A DNA stretch of 64,000 bases, taken from contig JAWAWX010000001.1 in assembly GCA_038897215.1 (NCBI GenBank), positions 384,001-448,000 of the forward strand. Direction: 5' to 3'. The translations under genes and the position numbers were made by a program. Origin of the DNA: Acidilobaceae archaeon. GTDB lineage: Archaea > Thermoproteota > Thermoprotei_A > Sulfolobales > Acidilobaceae. Shown one piece after another: positions 35,054 through 45,687 of this stretch; positions within the stretch are counted from its first letter, which is position 1; each line of letters starts with the position of its first letter. The notes beneath the pieces were generated by a model, which did no database searches, was not told the origin of the DNA, and saw only the letters and a program-made list of their open reading frames with translations.

Positions 35054-35550
35054 TCGTCGAGGAGTTTCTTCAAGCATTTCTGCTAATCCTCCCAGCTATG
35101 CTAGCTAACGCTACCCCGGTAGTCTTCGGAGGCTCTCGGCCGATAGATGGGGGGAGAGTGTTTCTTGACGGTAGGAGGCTTCTAGGAGACGGCAAGACGT
35201 GGGAGGGGCTGGCTTCAGGCATAGCCGCGGGGTCTCTTCTAGGAGGGCTTCTGGCTTACGCTCTAGGAGACCCTCTCTACGCCTACGCTGGAGTCTTCTC
35301 ATCTCTGGGAGCTATGCTGGGAGACTTGGCGGCATCGTTCGTGAAGAGGAGGCTAGGCTTGGAGAGAGGTGCTCCAGCACCTCTCCTAGACCAGCTGAAC
35401 TTCTACGTGGGAGCACTCGCTCTACTCTACGTTGCGGGGTTTAGGTTTACTCTAAGCGTGGTGATAGCTCTAGGGCTCTTATCCGCTATCGCTCATCTCG
35501 CGGCTAACGTGGTAGCGTACCTGTTGAGACTCAAGAGTGTTCCCTGGTAG
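35044..35550 (+). CDS. carS: CDP-archaeol synthase
   Basis: PAMLANATP, PIDGG, DGRRLLGDGKTWEG, GDLAASFVKRR, LDQL, VPW. Confidence 0.96.
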   Translation: MAVVVEEFLQAFLLILPAMLANATPVVFGGSRPIDGGRVFLDGRRLLGDGKTWEGLASGIAAGSLLGGLLAYALGDPLYAYAGVFSSLGAMLGDLAASFVKRRLGLERGAPAPLLDQLNFYVGALALLYVAGFRFTLSVVIALGLLSAIAHLAANVVAYLLRLKSVPW

Positions 35551-35740
35551 GCTCTGAGGTCTGCTCGAGCGCTCTGCTTGACTCCAGCGATTTAGCCTTG
35601 ATCCTGTACTTAACGTACCTATCCTCGGGCGAGAACCGAGGGGGATGCGGTACTCTGAGAGCTCCACCGCAGACAGGGCACTTATCCTTGGCTAGAGTGT
35701 ACCTACCGCATTTCTCGCACTTTCTGAGAAGCCACCTCAC
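35531..35740 (-). CDS. nop10: H/ACA RNP protein Nop10
   Basis: KCEKCGRYTL, CPVCG, HPPRFSPEDRY. Confidence 0.96.
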   Translation of the reverse strand: MRWLLRKCEKCGRYTLAKDKCPVCGGALRVPHPPRFSPEDRYVKYRIKAKSLESSRALEQTSEPTREHS

Positions 35741-36543
35741 TTCTCTTCAATCCTCTCGAAAGCATAGGCTACTCCTAGAGCTCTAGCTACCTCCTCTGCT
35801 CTGCTAGCCGCTAGCTCGAGCGCTTTCTCGACTGTCTTGTAGTCGTAGCCCTCCAAGTCTACCCTGTATCTCGGAGCCCCTATAGCGTACACTCTGATTC
35901 TAACCATCGGGATGCCTGCCGCGACGCTCTTAGCCTCTAGGAGTACTCGCTTTATCTTCTCGACTCCATCGCTATCCATAGACGTGAGGGTTAGAATGCC
36001 GCTAACTCTGACTGTCTTCAGCTCCACGTGCTTCCCCGCTATCTCTATGATGTGTGGAACCCACTCGCTCGAGACCCCGGCATTCAGTAAAGCCTCGGGT
36101 CCCTCGATGAGAGCCTTCTCTAGCCCGGCTAGAGGGTCTCCGTAAGCGTCCTCAAGCTTCCACACTACCTCTCTATAAGCGTCCTCCTCCGTCTTGCCTA
36201 GCTTCTGAGCCGCCATTATCGCTATCATCGTTGCTCTCACGTACCTCTTGTAGGCGAGCATCTTCCTCCTCCTCTCGCCCTCGAGGGTTCTCTTTATGCT
36301 AACATCTACACTCATCCTGTCTCTGTAGACTCTAAGCACTTTACCGACTACCTTCTGCCCTTCTCTCAGAACCTCTTCAACCTTCCTGAAAGCTTTACTG
36401 CTGATCTCGCTCCAGGGGATGAAGGCAGAGACTCCGGCGTACTCGTCGAGCTCAGCATACGCTCCGTAGTCGTGAATCTTAGTTACAGTGCATACCACGA
36501 GGTCGTTGACGTCTGGGAGAGGTCTGCGAGACCTCAGCTTCAA
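35737..36543 (-). CDS. eif2a: Translation initiation factor aIF2 alpha subunit
   Basis: S1 domain (YGAYAELDEY, IPWSEI), GAPRYRV. Start moved to TTG 36543. Confidence 0.96.
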   Translation of the reverse strand: MKLRSRRPLPDVNDLVVCTVTKIHDYGAYAELDEYAGVSAFIPWSEISSKAFRKVEEVLREGQKVVGKVLRVYRDRMSVDVSIKRTLEGERRRKMLAYKRYVRATMIAIMAAQKLGKTEEDAYREVVWKLEDAYGDPLAGLEKALIEGPEALLNAGVSSEWVPHIIEIAGKHVELKTVRVSGILTLTSMDSDGVEKIKRVLLEAKSVAAGIPMVRIRVYAIGAPRYRVDLEGYDYKTVEKALELAASRAEEVARALGVAYAFERIEEK

Positions 36544-36684
36544 GCAAGCTACACCCTCGCGGTTGTCTCGTATACCTAGCAACTCTTAAAACTATGTTGC
36601 TAGACAGCGCTAGCTACCTCGCATTACTTATAAGGAACAAGTACTCAGAGAATGCTATAGCGCGGAGACGGGGGGCGAGCTTTA

Positions 36685-36957
36685 ATGAGTAGCAGGCTGG
36701 CTAGTAATGAGGCTAAGATTCAGTACGTGCTCATGATCTTATCGAGTATAGTGAATGACACGAGCGTGCCTAGAAACATTAGGAGAGCTGCTGTCAACGC
36801 TCTCATGCAGTTACGCGATACAAAGCTCTCTCCGGGAGTGAGAGCCGCTAACGCTATAAGCATACTCGATGAGATAAGCCAGGATCCCAACATGCCTTCT
36901 CACGTGAGGACTAGAATATGGCAGGTCATATCGACTCTAGAGACTGTGAAGGATTAG
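36685..36957 (+). CDS. UPF0147 family protein
   Basis: [32 protein letters not shown]. Confidence 0.95.
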   Translation: MSSRLASNEAKIQYVLMILSSIVNDTSVPRNIRRAAVNALMQLRDTKLSPGVRAANAISILDEISQDPNMPSHVRTRIWQVISTLETVKD

Positions 36958-36999
36958 AGAGCGTGGAGCTACGCGAGCCGAGTAGTGGGTTGAGAGAGC

Positions 37000-38415
37000 G
37001 TGGAGCTAGCTAGAGTGAGAGTTAGAGGCATCTATGCGACTGCTCTCAGCGTAATCCTTCTAGAGAGAGGGTTCCTCATAGCAGATGCTAGCGACGTCTT
37101 GAAGAGTAGACTGAGTAGACCTATCGCCGAAGGGCCTGCAAACGTGACAGTGAAGAACCTAGATGAGGATAGAGACTCTTTGCTGATCGTGGGAGCCCCC
37201 TGGGAGGCTGGAGTTAAAGTAGAGGAGGCTATCCTGGAGTACGTCGGCTACGCTAGCAGAGCCCGGGGGAGGCTGGGAGTAGGGACGGTTGTAGACGCTG
37301 TCAGCCTCGGAGGCTGTAGAGCCGAGGGCCCCGGGGGTGTCGAGATAACGCTAGATGCTCCCTGCCCGGAGCCCGGCAAGACTGTCAGATGCTATATTGT
37401 GAGAGATGCTCTGAGGAGAGGAGAGGCTCCTCGCGCTAGAGCCGGAGTGGCCGCTATCGGGCTCTACGTGAGCGTCTACGCTCCAGGTAGTGGTGTCAGC
37501 TTCAGCGAGCACTTGAGAGACAGAGAGAGAATCTCTCAGCTCGAGAGTCTAGCCGGCAGAGTGGCCGACCGCGGAGTCCACGTCAGGTTCAGGAGCAACA
37601 GCAGGCTGGGAGGCTTAGCTGAGATAGCTGAAGAGCTCGAGTCTCTGGTTGCTGAAGCTGAGAGAATGCTCTCCGAGCCAGCCTCCAGTGAGCCTAGAGT
37701 GGTGAAGAGGGGCGAGTACGTGTCCCTAATCGGCTTGACGTCTGCCGCTAAGCAGCGCCTAGACGAGGCTAGAGGCAAAGTGTGCCCCACTATACTGATG
37801 CATCACAGCTTGAAGAGCGGGGGCGATGCTGAGTCTGCGAGCGTCGACGTGCTAGAGGAGGCTCTCAGAATGGGTCTAGCCGATAGGAGAGCAGGCCTAG
37901 CTCTAGTCTCTAGGATACTCTCGTCTCTCTCCGGTAGGAGGATTACTGTAGAGCACAAGCGCCCCGACGGGGAGGTGATCAGCCTCGGCCCCTTCACTCT
38001 CGAGAGCTACGAGGTGGAAGAGGATAGAGTAGAGCTGACTCTAAGCAGGGTCTTCACGAAGCCCGGAGTCCTAGACGGGCTCGGGGTAGAGAAGAAGCCC
38101 GGCGACTACTCGATAACGAGGCTGTCGCTCAGCGAGTGGCACGTGATACACGAGTACTATAGAGCAGACGGCAGGCTTCTAGGAGTCTACGCTAACGTCA
38201 ACAGCCCGCCCGAGGTGAGTAGCAGGGGGATCAGATACCTGGACCTCTACGTAGACGTGGTAGCCAAGCCCGGCGAGGAGCCTAGAGTGCTGGACTCGGA
38301 GGCTCTAGAGAGAGCTCGAGAAGAGGGGCTAGTCTCAGAGGCTCTCTACGAGAGAGCTCTAGAGGAGGCGAAGAGCCTGACTAGGAGGCTGAAGAGCTAC
38401 CCTCCAGCCCGCTAG
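37000..38415 (+). CDS. FAU-1/AubA-like RNA-binding ribonuclease (DUF402)
   Basis: VRVRGIYATAL, LDEAR, HHSLK, LDGLG, YANVNSPPE, YLDLYVDV. Confidence 0.9.
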   Translation: MELARVRVRGIYATALSVILLERGFLIADASDVLKSRLSRPIAEGPANVTVKNLDEDRDSLLIVGAPWEAGVKVEEAILEYVGYASRARGRLGVGTVVDAVSLGGCRAEGPGGVEITLDAPCPEPGKTVRCYIVRDALRRGEAPRARAGVAAIGLYVSVYAPGSGVSFSEHLRDRERISQLESLAGRVADRGVHVRFRSNSRLGGLAEIAEELESLVAEAERMLSEPASSEPRVVKRGEYVSLIGLTSAAKQRLDEARGKVCPTILMHHSLKSGGDAESASVDVLEEALRMGLADRRAGLALVSRILSSLSGRRITVEHKRPDGEVISLGPFTLESYEVEEDRVELTLSRVFTKPGVLDGLGVEKKPGDYSITRLSLSEWHVIHEYYRADGRLLGVYANVNSPPEVSSRGIRYLDLYVDVVAKPGEEPRVLDSEALERAREEGLVSEALYERALEEAKSLTRRLKSYPPAR

Positions 38416-38498
38416 ACATCGTAGCGAGTTGTGAGAGCTTGGAAGCATTTATTAACCTATATCTATGAGAGTCTCTTGGAATAGCGGTGGATGGCGGG

Positions 38499-38750
38499 AT
38501 GAGCGAGTTCCAGCCCCCTCTCAGATACCTGAGGAATGCTCTCAACAGCAGAGTCTACGTGAAGCTCAAGGATGGAACAGAGTACGTGGGTAGGCTAGTG
38601 AGCGCTGATAGCTTGATGAACCTGGTTCTCGAGGACTCATTCGAGGTCAAGGATGGGAGGAGCCCCGCGGCTAAGATGGGAGTGCTATTGGTTAGAGGTA
38701 GCATGATACTCTTCGTGAGCTTCAACCCAGAGCTCTTCTTAACAAGCTAG
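38499..38750 (+). CDS. Sm-like protein (SmAP2/Lsm)
   Basis: VKLKDGTEYVG, DSLMNLVL, VRGSMI. Confidence 0.93.
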   Translation: MSEFQPPLRYLRNALNSRVYVKLKDGTEYVGRLVSADSLMNLVLEDSFEVKDGRSPAAKMGVLLVRGSMILFVSFNPELFLTS

Positions 38751-38772
38751 AGCTAGCAGTCGAGAGAGCTAT

Positions 38773-39567
38773 CTAGGGGAGCTCTCTGAGAGCTCTGTCT
38801 CTAGCTCTAGATATCCTCCTAGAGACGTCCTCTGGGAGAGCTAGGTCTCCTCTAGACACTACCGCTGGCCCCTTGACTATCATCCCCTTCTTGTCCACTA
38901 TCTCGATCTCGTGGACTCTAGTGTCGTGGGGGGTCTGCCTCATCTTCTCTATTATCACGTACCTCTTGAGGACTCCTCCTCTGATAGCTCTCCTGAACTT
39001 TATTATCCCGTCCGCTACGTGCTCGACACCCCACCCGAACGCCTCAGCAGTGGTTATAGCGTACTGGCTCACGAGGAGAGTCGTGAAGTCCCACCTGTAG
39101 AGTAGCCTCTTGACCATGTAGCTGTACTTTCTAGCCATAGCCGGCTTGTCTAGCCAGAAGGCGCTCATACTGTCTACTACGAGCCTAGCTCTCCCGTAGC
39201 CCAGCTTCCTCTTAGCCTCCAGGACTTTCTCCACCATCTTCTCCAAGTCTAGCTCGTCTAGGCTCCACTCATCGCTCTTGCTCTTTAGCAGAGCGTCTAT
39301 CACTATTGCTTTGCCCGAGTCTACAGCCTTGTCTAGATCCATGCCGAACATCTTAGCCTGTCTGAGTATGCTCTCTCTGCTCTCCTCTGTCGTCACGTAT
39401 ATCACCTTATCCCCCTCTACTACACCCTGCCAGGCGAAGTGGATAGAGAACACTGTCTTCCCCGTCCCCGGCTCTCCGACGACGGCGACGAAGAACCCTC
39501 TAGGTATCCCCCCGGCTATCAGCTCGTCGAAGCCCGAGACCCCCGTTCTCAGCCTCTCTACCTCCAT
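38773..39567 (-). CDS. KaiC-domain RecA-family ATPase
   Basis: TGVSGFD, GEPGTGKT, YVTTEES, DSMSAFW, EHVADG, IEKMRQT. Confidence 0.93.
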   Translation of the reverse strand: MEVERLRTGVSGFDELIAGGIPRGFFVAVVGEPGTGKTVFSIHFAWQGVVEGDKVIYVTTEESRESILRQAKMFGMDLDKAVDSGKAIVIDALLKSKSDEWSLDELDLEKMVEKVLEAKRKLGYGRARLVVDSMSAFWLDKPAMARKYSYMVKRLLYRWDFTTLLVSQYAITTAEAFGWGVEHVADGIIKFRRAIRGGVLKRYVIIEKMRQTPHDTRVHEIEIVDKKGMIVKGPAVVSRGDLALPEDVSRRISRARDRALRELP

Positions 39568-39643
39568 TACGCTCCACCACACACTCTCTGTGTGTTGAGG
39601 GAAAATAAGCCAAGCGACTCCACTAGAGTCTTGGGGGGGCTTC

Positions 39644-40624
39644 GTGGAGTGCGCTGTCTGCGGTAGAAGGGGGGAGGTTCTCCAAGCCTATAGGGGTAGA
39701 GTGCTCTGCAGAGAGTGCTTCGTGAATGATGTGAGAGAGCGGGTTAGGAGAGAGGCTGAAAGGTGGAGACTCGTAGAGCCCGGCGATACCCTGCTTCTCG
39801 CTGTAAGCGGGGGCAAGGATAGCTTCGTCTTGCTAGACACTCTGCCTAGAGCCTTCGGGGAGTCGAGGTTCATAGCGTTCACCATAGTCGAGGGGATACC
39901 TGGCTACAACAGGCTCTCTGATGTGGAGGCGCTCGCTGACCACGCTAGAGAGGTTGGAGTAGACTTTGTTAAGGCGAGCTTCAAGGAGTATCTAGGCTTG
40001 AGCCTAGGCGAGATCGTCGAGAAAGCCTCGAGACTCGAGCTGGAGCACTCGCCCTGCACGTACTGCGGTGTGGCTAGGAGGCACATGATGGTGAGAGCGG
40101 CTGAAGAGCTTGGAGCAAGGAAGATAGCCACTGCTCACGTGCTAGACGACGAGATTCAGACTCTGCTGATCAACATCATGAGAGGCGATTGGAGAGGAGT
40201 GCTCAAGCTACACCCGGCTTCGTGGAGGAGGGAGAGAGGCCCTGTTAGAGTTAAGCCTCTCAGAAAGGTCTACGAGTGGGAAGCCGCTCTATACGCTTAC
40301 CTGAGAGGATACAGGTTCCAGGAGGTCGAGTGCCCCTACATAACCCTGCACCCGACTCTCAGAGCTAGAGTTAGAGCCAGGCTACTCGAGGTCGAGAAGA
40401 GGAAGCCCGGGCTCCTCATGGGCATGCTCGAGTTCCTAGACGAGCTCCTAGAAGAGGAGGCGTCGAGACTCAAAGAGGCTCCGTTAAAGTGCCCTCTTTG
40501 CGGTGCTCCAGCGAGCGCTAAGAGGGGCTCATGCAGACTCTGCGAGCTCCTAGGAGAGCTGGGGGTCGTCGGGCTCTACAGGAGCCTGGGAGGAGGCGTT
40601 TTTAAGGTCGGCTCGCTAGCCTAG
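39644..40624 (+). CDS. TtuA/NcsA family tRNA 2-thiolation protein (PP-loop)
   Basis: N-terminal CxxC pairs, [31 protein letters not shown]-terminal Zn finger. Confidence 0.92.
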   Translation: MECAVCGRRGEVLQAYRGRVLCRECFVNDVRERVRREAERWRLVEPGDTLLLAVSGGKDSFVLLDTLPRAFGESRFIAFTIVEGIPGYNRLSDVEALADHAREVGVDFVKASFKEYLGLSLGEIVEKASRLELEHSPCTYCGVARRHMMVRAAEELGARKIATAHVLDDEIQTLLINIMRGDWRGVLKLHPASWRRERGPVRVKPLRKVYEWEAALYAYLRGYRFQEVECPYITLHPTLRARVRARLLEVEKRKPGLLMGMLEFLDELLEEEASRLKEAPLKCPLCGAPASAKRGSCRLCELLGELGVVGLYRSLGGGVFKVGSLA

Positions 40625-40641
40625 CGCTCAGGGTCTCAGCG

Positions 40642-41175
40642 ATGCCCCTGAAGCCTGCTAGATGCTACACGCACTTCAGCGGGCCGCCTTACACTAGAGT
40701 AGAGTATATTGCTGGAGCTCCGCCACCCAAGATCACGAAGTTCGAGTTAGGCAATAGAGCTGTAGTCGAGAAGGCTGTGCTGAAGGCTGAGCTTGTAGCT
40801 GAGGAGGCTGGACAGATTAGAGATAACGCTCTCGAAGCCATGAGAGTCATCATCAACAAGAACCTGACGAGGCTACTGGGAGAGAACAACTACTACATGA
40901 GGGTCAGGATGTACCCGCATCACGTCTTGAGAGAGCACAAGATGATGGCTTTCGCTGGAGCCGATAGACTACAGGAGGGGATGAGGAGAGCCTTCGGGAA
41001 GCCTGTGGGGAGAGCTGTTCGAGTCTACCCGGGCGACGTCCTCGTAGAGGTCTGGGTAGCTGGGGAGGCAGGGAAGCTCGGTGAGGTTGAGGAGAAGGCT
41101 AAAGAAGCTCTTAGAGTGGGAGCTAGCAAGCTCCCAATACCTACCAGGATAGCGCTACGCAATCTGAAGCAGTAG
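40642..41175 (+). CDS. rpl10e: 50S ribosomal protein L10e (uL16)
   Basis: [40 protein letters not shown]. Confidence 0.98.
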   Translation: MPLKPARCYTHFSGPPYTRVEYIAGAPPPKITKFELGNRAVVEKAVLKAELVAEEAGQIRDNALEAMRVIINKNLTRLLGENNYYMRVRMYPHHVLREHKMMAFAGADRLQEGMRRAFGKPVGRAVRVYPGDVLVEVWVAGEAGKLGEVEEKAKEALRVGASKLPIPTRIALRNLKQ

Positions 41176-41185
41176 CCTACCCCTT

Positions 41186-41992
41186 CTACCATCCTCGAGT
41201 CTTACTCTTCTTCATCCAGTTAGCTAGAGCTACGGCTAGCACTACTAGGCCGAAGTAGGGGACTAGCAGGATCAGCATTCCTATCCCGGAGGGGTCGGGG
41301 CTCACTATAGCCGCTACTATGGCTGCAGCTACGAGAGCGTACCTCATCGTCTTACCGAAGACCGAGATTCTCACTACGTCGTAGTATACGAGAACGAAGA
41401 CTACGAGAGGGGTCTGGAAGGCTATCCCGGTAGCTAGCGTTATCAGTAGAGCTGACTTAAACACCTCAGAGTAGTCAGCATAGGCCGCGAGCTCTCCTGC
41501 TATCAGGTACATCATCGTAAACATTATCCTATACGTGATGGGGAGCAAGACGAAGAGAGCGAGAAGCGCTCCGATGAAGAATAGAGCGGCTGACGCGAGA
41601 GCTCCTCTCTTGAGAGCTCTCTCCTCGTGAGGGTAGAGAGCTGGCTTAAGGAAAGCGTATATCTCGTAGGCCATGTAGGGGCCTGCGACCACGACTCCGA
41701 TCAACAGCATAGTGTAGAGCGTTAGCTTGATCCCAGCGAAGGGGTCTCTCGAGACTAGGTGGATCTCGATAGTCTTACCGCCTACAGTGATACTATCGGG
41801 GATCACGTAGCCTCTTATGAAGTAGTGGACTGAGAAGAGTAGAGGAGAGTAGCCTCCCCCCTCGAGTAGAGTCAGAGGATTGGGGAGAAACGGGACTACA
41901 ACTGAGGCTATGAAGAGAGCTAGGAGAGCTCTTCTAAGCCTGATCACTAGCTCCTCGAGATGCTCCCAGATCGTCGCTTCTCCTTTGCTCAA
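41186..41992 (-). CDS. tatC: Twin-arginine translocase subunit TatC
   Basis: HLEELVIRL, FLKPALYPHE, FQTP, AIVSPDPSG. Confidence 0.95.
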   Translation of the reverse strand: MSKGEATIWEHLEELVIRLRRALLALFIASVVVPFLPNPLTLLEGGGYSPLLFSVHYFIRGYVIPDSITVGGKTIEIHLVSRDPFAGIKLTLYTMLLIGVVVAGPYMAYEIYAFLKPALYPHEERALKRGALASAALFFIGALLALFVLLPITYRIMFTMMYLIAGELAAYADYSEVFKSALLITLATGIAFQTPLVVFVLVYYDVVRISVFGKTMRYALVAAAIVAAIVSPDPSGIGMLILLVPYFGLVVLAVALANWMKKSKTRGW

Positions 41993-42069
41993 GCGCTCGC
42001 ACCGAGTCTCCTGCCCGCTATGTTGGCTACCGAGCAGGCTCTTCCGAGGTTTGAGAGTGCTAGCCTCTC

Positions 42070-42780
42070 CTACCTCTTGTACCTAGCGTAGACCATGGCG
42101 TGGTCTCTATCGAATGGGTCTAGGTGGACTACGTCTACTATCTCGAACCCTCCGTTCTCGAGCGTTTCTATCTCCTTCTTGTATACATCGCTAGGCTCTA
42201 GCGTCACGTCTATGCTTCTAGCCTTGATAGCTAACAAGAGGTAGCCTCCGTTCTCGAGGAAGAGTCTAGCGTTCCTGACCACTATAGCTGCCTGGTCTGG
42301 CTGAGCTATGTCTGCGTAGAGTCCTCTCACGTTCTCCACGAGGAACCGGTACTTCTCAGGGAACCTGGCGTCGGCTAGTATCGGGTTTATGTTCTTCCTA
42401 TCCTTCACCACGACTAGGAGGTCTCTGAGAACTCTTGGAGCGAACTCGACTCCGTAGATTACTCCAGATGGCCCTATTATGTCGCTTATGTGGCTCGCAG
42501 TAGTGCCGCTAGCTATGCCCAGGTATAGGATTCTATCTCCTTCTCTAACGGGGAGCTCTTCTAGCCCCTTGAGTAACGCTCCTGCTAGCTTGCTCCTATA
42601 CGGATTCCACTCTCTGTACTCGGCATCGCCGTATCTGAAGAGCCTCTCTCCGTAGACTCGCTGACCCGGCACTAGGTTCTTGGTCGCTATCCTGAGGCTA
42701 CCGTCCTCTAGCTCCACCACGTAGACTCCAGTCCACTTATCGTGAGGATAGACTCTGACTGCTTCAGACAAGCTCTTCAC
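42070..42780 (-). CDS. flpA: Fibrillarin-like rRNA/tRNA 2'-O-methyltransferase
   Basis: EWNPYRSKL, LYLGIASGTTASH, DIAQPDQA, IKARSID. Confidence 0.98.
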   Translation of the reverse strand: MKSLSEAVRVYPHDKWTGVYVVELEDGSLRIATKNLVPGQRVYGERLFRYGDAEYREWNPYRSKLAGALLKGLEELPVREGDRILYLGIASGTTASHISDIIGPSGVIYGVEFAPRVLRDLLVVVKDRKNINPILADARFPEKYRFLVENVRGLYADIAQPDQAAIVVRNARLFLENGGYLLLAIKARSIDVTLEPSDVYKKEIETLENGGFEIVDVVHLDPFDRDHAMVYARYKR

Positions 42781-44006
42781 CTCTTCTCCTCTCTCCTCCT
42801 AGCCTGCTTTTTCTCACGTCTAGGCGGGACTTTTGGCTTAACCTCTTCCTTCTTAGCTGGAGGCTTCGGGTAGAGCTTCTTGATCTCCTCGATTCTCTCT
42901 CTGAGCTCTTTCACGAGCTTCTCTCCGAGAAGCCTGCCTGTGAACGCGTCTATCCTAGCCGCTATAGCGAGCTTTGCTGCTAGAGCTCTCGCTATCTTCC
43001 CTCTCTGCCACTTGGGGCTTCTGTGTATATCGGGATACTGGAATATGACTCCATGCTTTGGAGGCTTGCCGCCTGTTCTGAGAGCTCTGAATAGGGCCTT
43101 CTCAGCGCCCAGAACCTGTATCGTGCTAGCCGGTAGCCTAGCTAGCTTCTCGAGACCCCCGGCTAAGCTCAAGAGTCTAGCTCCTAGGAGTGGTCCTACG
43201 AGCGCTGTCACGTTTGGAGCAGTCTCCTCCATGACCTCGCTTACGTATTTAGTCAGAGTTCTCCTGTGCTCGTAGAGGTCTAGAACTATCCCGGCTAGTA
43301 CTCTCACTGCTTCTACATCGAGCTCGCTCACATCAGCTCCAACGCTAGCCGATGCTGCTTCAGCTAGCTTTCTCGCCTTAGACTCGCTTAGACCGAGCTT
43401 AGTCAAGCTCTCTACCGTGAAGTTCTCTCTGTGCCCTAGCTCGTAGACGAGCTTGAGGAACATCTCGTGGTCTTCTACTTGCTCTGAGAGCTCGGGGAAG
43501 TGGACGGAGTACCATTCCCTGGTTCTAGTCGCTAGAAGATTGACTATCTTATCGATGTCGTCTATTGCTCTGATAGCTTGGACGGCTAGGAGGTCTCTCT
43601 TAGCTGCAGCCTTCCTCAGCTTCCTCCTGCTATACTCTACTGAAACCTCGTGAATCCATCTGTCTAACTCCTCTCTGCTCTTAGCGAAGCCTAGGCTTAC
43701 AGCGATCTCCGCTAGGCGGCTCCTAGCTCTCTTCTGGACCTCGGCATCGAGAGCTGTAGATGTAGCGAAGCCTAGGCTAGCAACGTTTCTAGCTAGAGTA
43801 TCGTCTTCGAGAACCACCTCGCCAGCTTTGCCTCTAAGCCTCTCTAGGAGAGAGGAGAGAGCGAAGTTCACTCCCCCCGTCTCTAGCTTGAGTAGCTCCT
43901 CTACAGCCTCATCTATTGCTCGCGGGTAGAACTCGTAGTCGGCTACTCCTCCGTTCTCGTCGAGAGCCAGGAAGCCTATGGGGAGAGCTACAATGTATAC
44001 CCGCAT
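42777..44006 (-). CDS. nop5: C/D RNP subunit Nop5 (Nop56/58)
   Basis: REWYSVHFPEL, PASTIQVLGAEKALF, PPKHGVIFQ, RGKIAR. Confidence 0.98.
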   Translation of the reverse strand: MRVYIVALPIGFLALDENGGVADYEFYPRAIDEAVEELLKLETGGVNFALSSLLERLRGKAGEVVLEDDTLARNVASLGFATSTALDAEVQKRARSRLAEIAVSLGFAKSREELDRWIHEVSVEYSRRKLRKAAAKRDLLAVQAIRAIDDIDKIVNLLATRTREWYSVHFPELSEQVEDHEMFLKLVYELGHRENFTVESLTKLGLSESKARKLAEAASASVGADVSELDVEAVRVLAGIVLDLYEHRRTLTKYVSEVMEETAPNVTALVGPLLGARLLSLAGGLEKLARLPASTIQVLGAEKALFRALRTGGKPPKHGVIFQYPDIHRSPKWQRGKIARALAAKLAIAARIDAFTGRLLGEKLVKELRERIEEIKKLYPKPPAKKEEVKPKVPPRREKKQARRREEKR

Positions 44007-44107
44007 CTAGCCGTTCACCTCACCTAGCGAGATTCGCTCTATTAGAGAGTTAATAACGCTACCCTACGCTCGACGAGCCGAGCCCTGCTACCTAGGAGAG
44101 CCTCTAG

Positions 44108-44272
44108 CTACAGAGCCGCGGCTCTAGGAGACTCCGCGGGCTTCTCGAGTAGCTTCAGGTACTTGTCTCTATTCCTCATCCTAGGCGACGGTCTCTCCTT
44201 AGGCTTAGGCTCGATCTTAGGCGTCGCTTTCCTCACCTTACCCGCCTTAGTCATAGACCCGTGTGTAGGCAT
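44108..44272 (-). CDS. rps30e: 30S ribosomal protein S30e
   Basis: Not in the ORF track. Hand translation: [54 protein letters not shown]. Confidence 0.96.
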   Translation of the reverse strand: MPTHGSMTKAGKVRKATPKIEPKPKERPSPRMRNRDKYLKLLEKPAESPRAAAL

Positions 44273-44364
44273 CTCTCGACAGCCCTAGGAGAACCTCTCG
44301 GGCACCGAGGCTTAAAAGATTGCGGAACACCAAAGACCCTCGAAGAGAGCGGGGGAGAGCTGGC

Positions 44365-45687
44365 TTGCGGAGCTCCGAGCTACTACTCGGAGTAGAGGAG
44401 GGCGACTTGGTGGAAGTCGAGACTAGCGATGGGCTGAAGCTAGAGGGGGTTGTTATGCCTAGGTTCTCTAAGAGAGAAGACATCCTGGTCTTGAAGCTGA
44501 GAAACGGTTACAACATAGGCTTGTCCGTTAAGCGCATCAAGAGCTTGAGGAAGCTGAGTAGAGTCGAGAGAGGGCAGCCGGGCTCTCCCGTGCCTCTCGT
44601 AGAGAAGCTAGAGGAGGGAGATAGGCGGGTCTTCATCCTAGGCTGCGGGGGGACTATAGCGAGCAGGATAGACTACGATACGGGAGCAGTCAAAGCCTAC
44701 TTGTCCCCCGAGGAGCTCAGGCTGAGCGTTCCAGAGATGTTCTCCTACGCCTCCATAGACGCTGAGAACCTCTTCTCGATCCTGAGCGAGGACATGAAGC
44801 CCAGCATGTGGAGCGCTATAGTCGAAAACGTGGCTAAAGCCATCTCGAGAGGATACGATGGAGTAGTCGTGACTCACGGAACAGACACCATGTCGTACAC
44901 AGCTGCAGCTCTAGCCTTCGCGTTCCACAAGGGGCTCCCCGTGCCGGTCGCTCTCACAGGGGCTCAGAGGAGTAGCGATAGACCGAGTAGCGACGCGGCC
45001 TTCAATCTCACAGCAGCAGTGCTCGTAGCCTCGAGAGCTCCCTTCGCTGAAGTCGTGGTAGTAATGCATGGAGAAACGGGAGACACCTACGCGCTAGCCC
45101 ATAGGGGAGTAAGGGTTAGGAAGATGCACACGAGTAGGAGAGACGCGTTCCAGTCGATCAACTCCCCCCCGCTGGCTAGAGTGTGGCCTCTCGAGGGCAG
45201 AATCGAGGTCCTAGACTCGAGGTTCAGGAAGAGGGGGGAGGAGAGTCTGGTCTACGAGAACGGCTTCGACGAGAGAGTGGTGCTGATCAAACACTTCCCC
45301 GGCATTATCGCTGAGGTAATAGACGCTCTAGTCGATAAGGGAGTGCACGGGATAGTCGTAGAGGGCACAGGCTTCGGTCACGTATCCACGGACGCCATAG
45401 AATCCATTAGGAGAGCTGTAGAGAGCGGAGTGCCCGTCGTGGTAGCTAGCCAGACTATCTTCGGCCGAGTCAACCTAAACGTTTACAGCACGGGGAGGAA
45501 GATGCTGGAAGCCGGAGTCATACCAGTCGAGGACATGCTGGCTGAGGTAGCCTACGTTAAGCTAAGCTGGGTTCTAGCCAGGACTAGAGACATGAGCGAG
45601 ATCAGGAGGCTCATGCTCACAAACCTGGCAGGCGAGATCAGCCAGAGGCACTACTTAGACCTCTTCCCGAGGTGGAAGCATGAGTGA
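44365..45687 (+). CDS. gatD: Glu-tRNA(Gln) amidotransferase subunit D
   Basis: KLRNGYNIG, GGTIASRIDY, HGTDT, QRSSDRPSSD, RKMHTSRRDAF. Start moved to TTG 44365. Confidence 0.97.
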   Translation: MRSSELLLGVEEGDLVEVETSDGLKLEGVVMPRFSKREDILVLKLRNGYNIGLSVKRIKSLRKLSRVERGQPGSPVPLVEKLEEGDRRVFILGCGGTIASRIDYDTGAVKAYLSPEELRLSVPEMFSYASIDAENLFSILSEDMKPSMWSAIVENVAKAISRGYDGVVVTHGTDTMSYTAAALAFAFHKGLPVPVALTGAQRSSDRPSSDAAFNLTAAVLVASRAPFAEVVVVMHGETGDTYALAHRGVRVRKMHTSRRDAFQSINSPPLARVWPLEGRIEVLDSRFRKRGEESLVYENGFDERVVLIKHFPGIIAEVIDALVDKGVHGIVVEGTGFGHVSTDAIESIRRAVESGVPVVVASQTIFGRVNLNVYSTGRKMLEAGVIPVEDMLAEVAYVKLSWVLARTRDMSEIRRLMLTNLAGEISQRHYLDLFPRWKHE

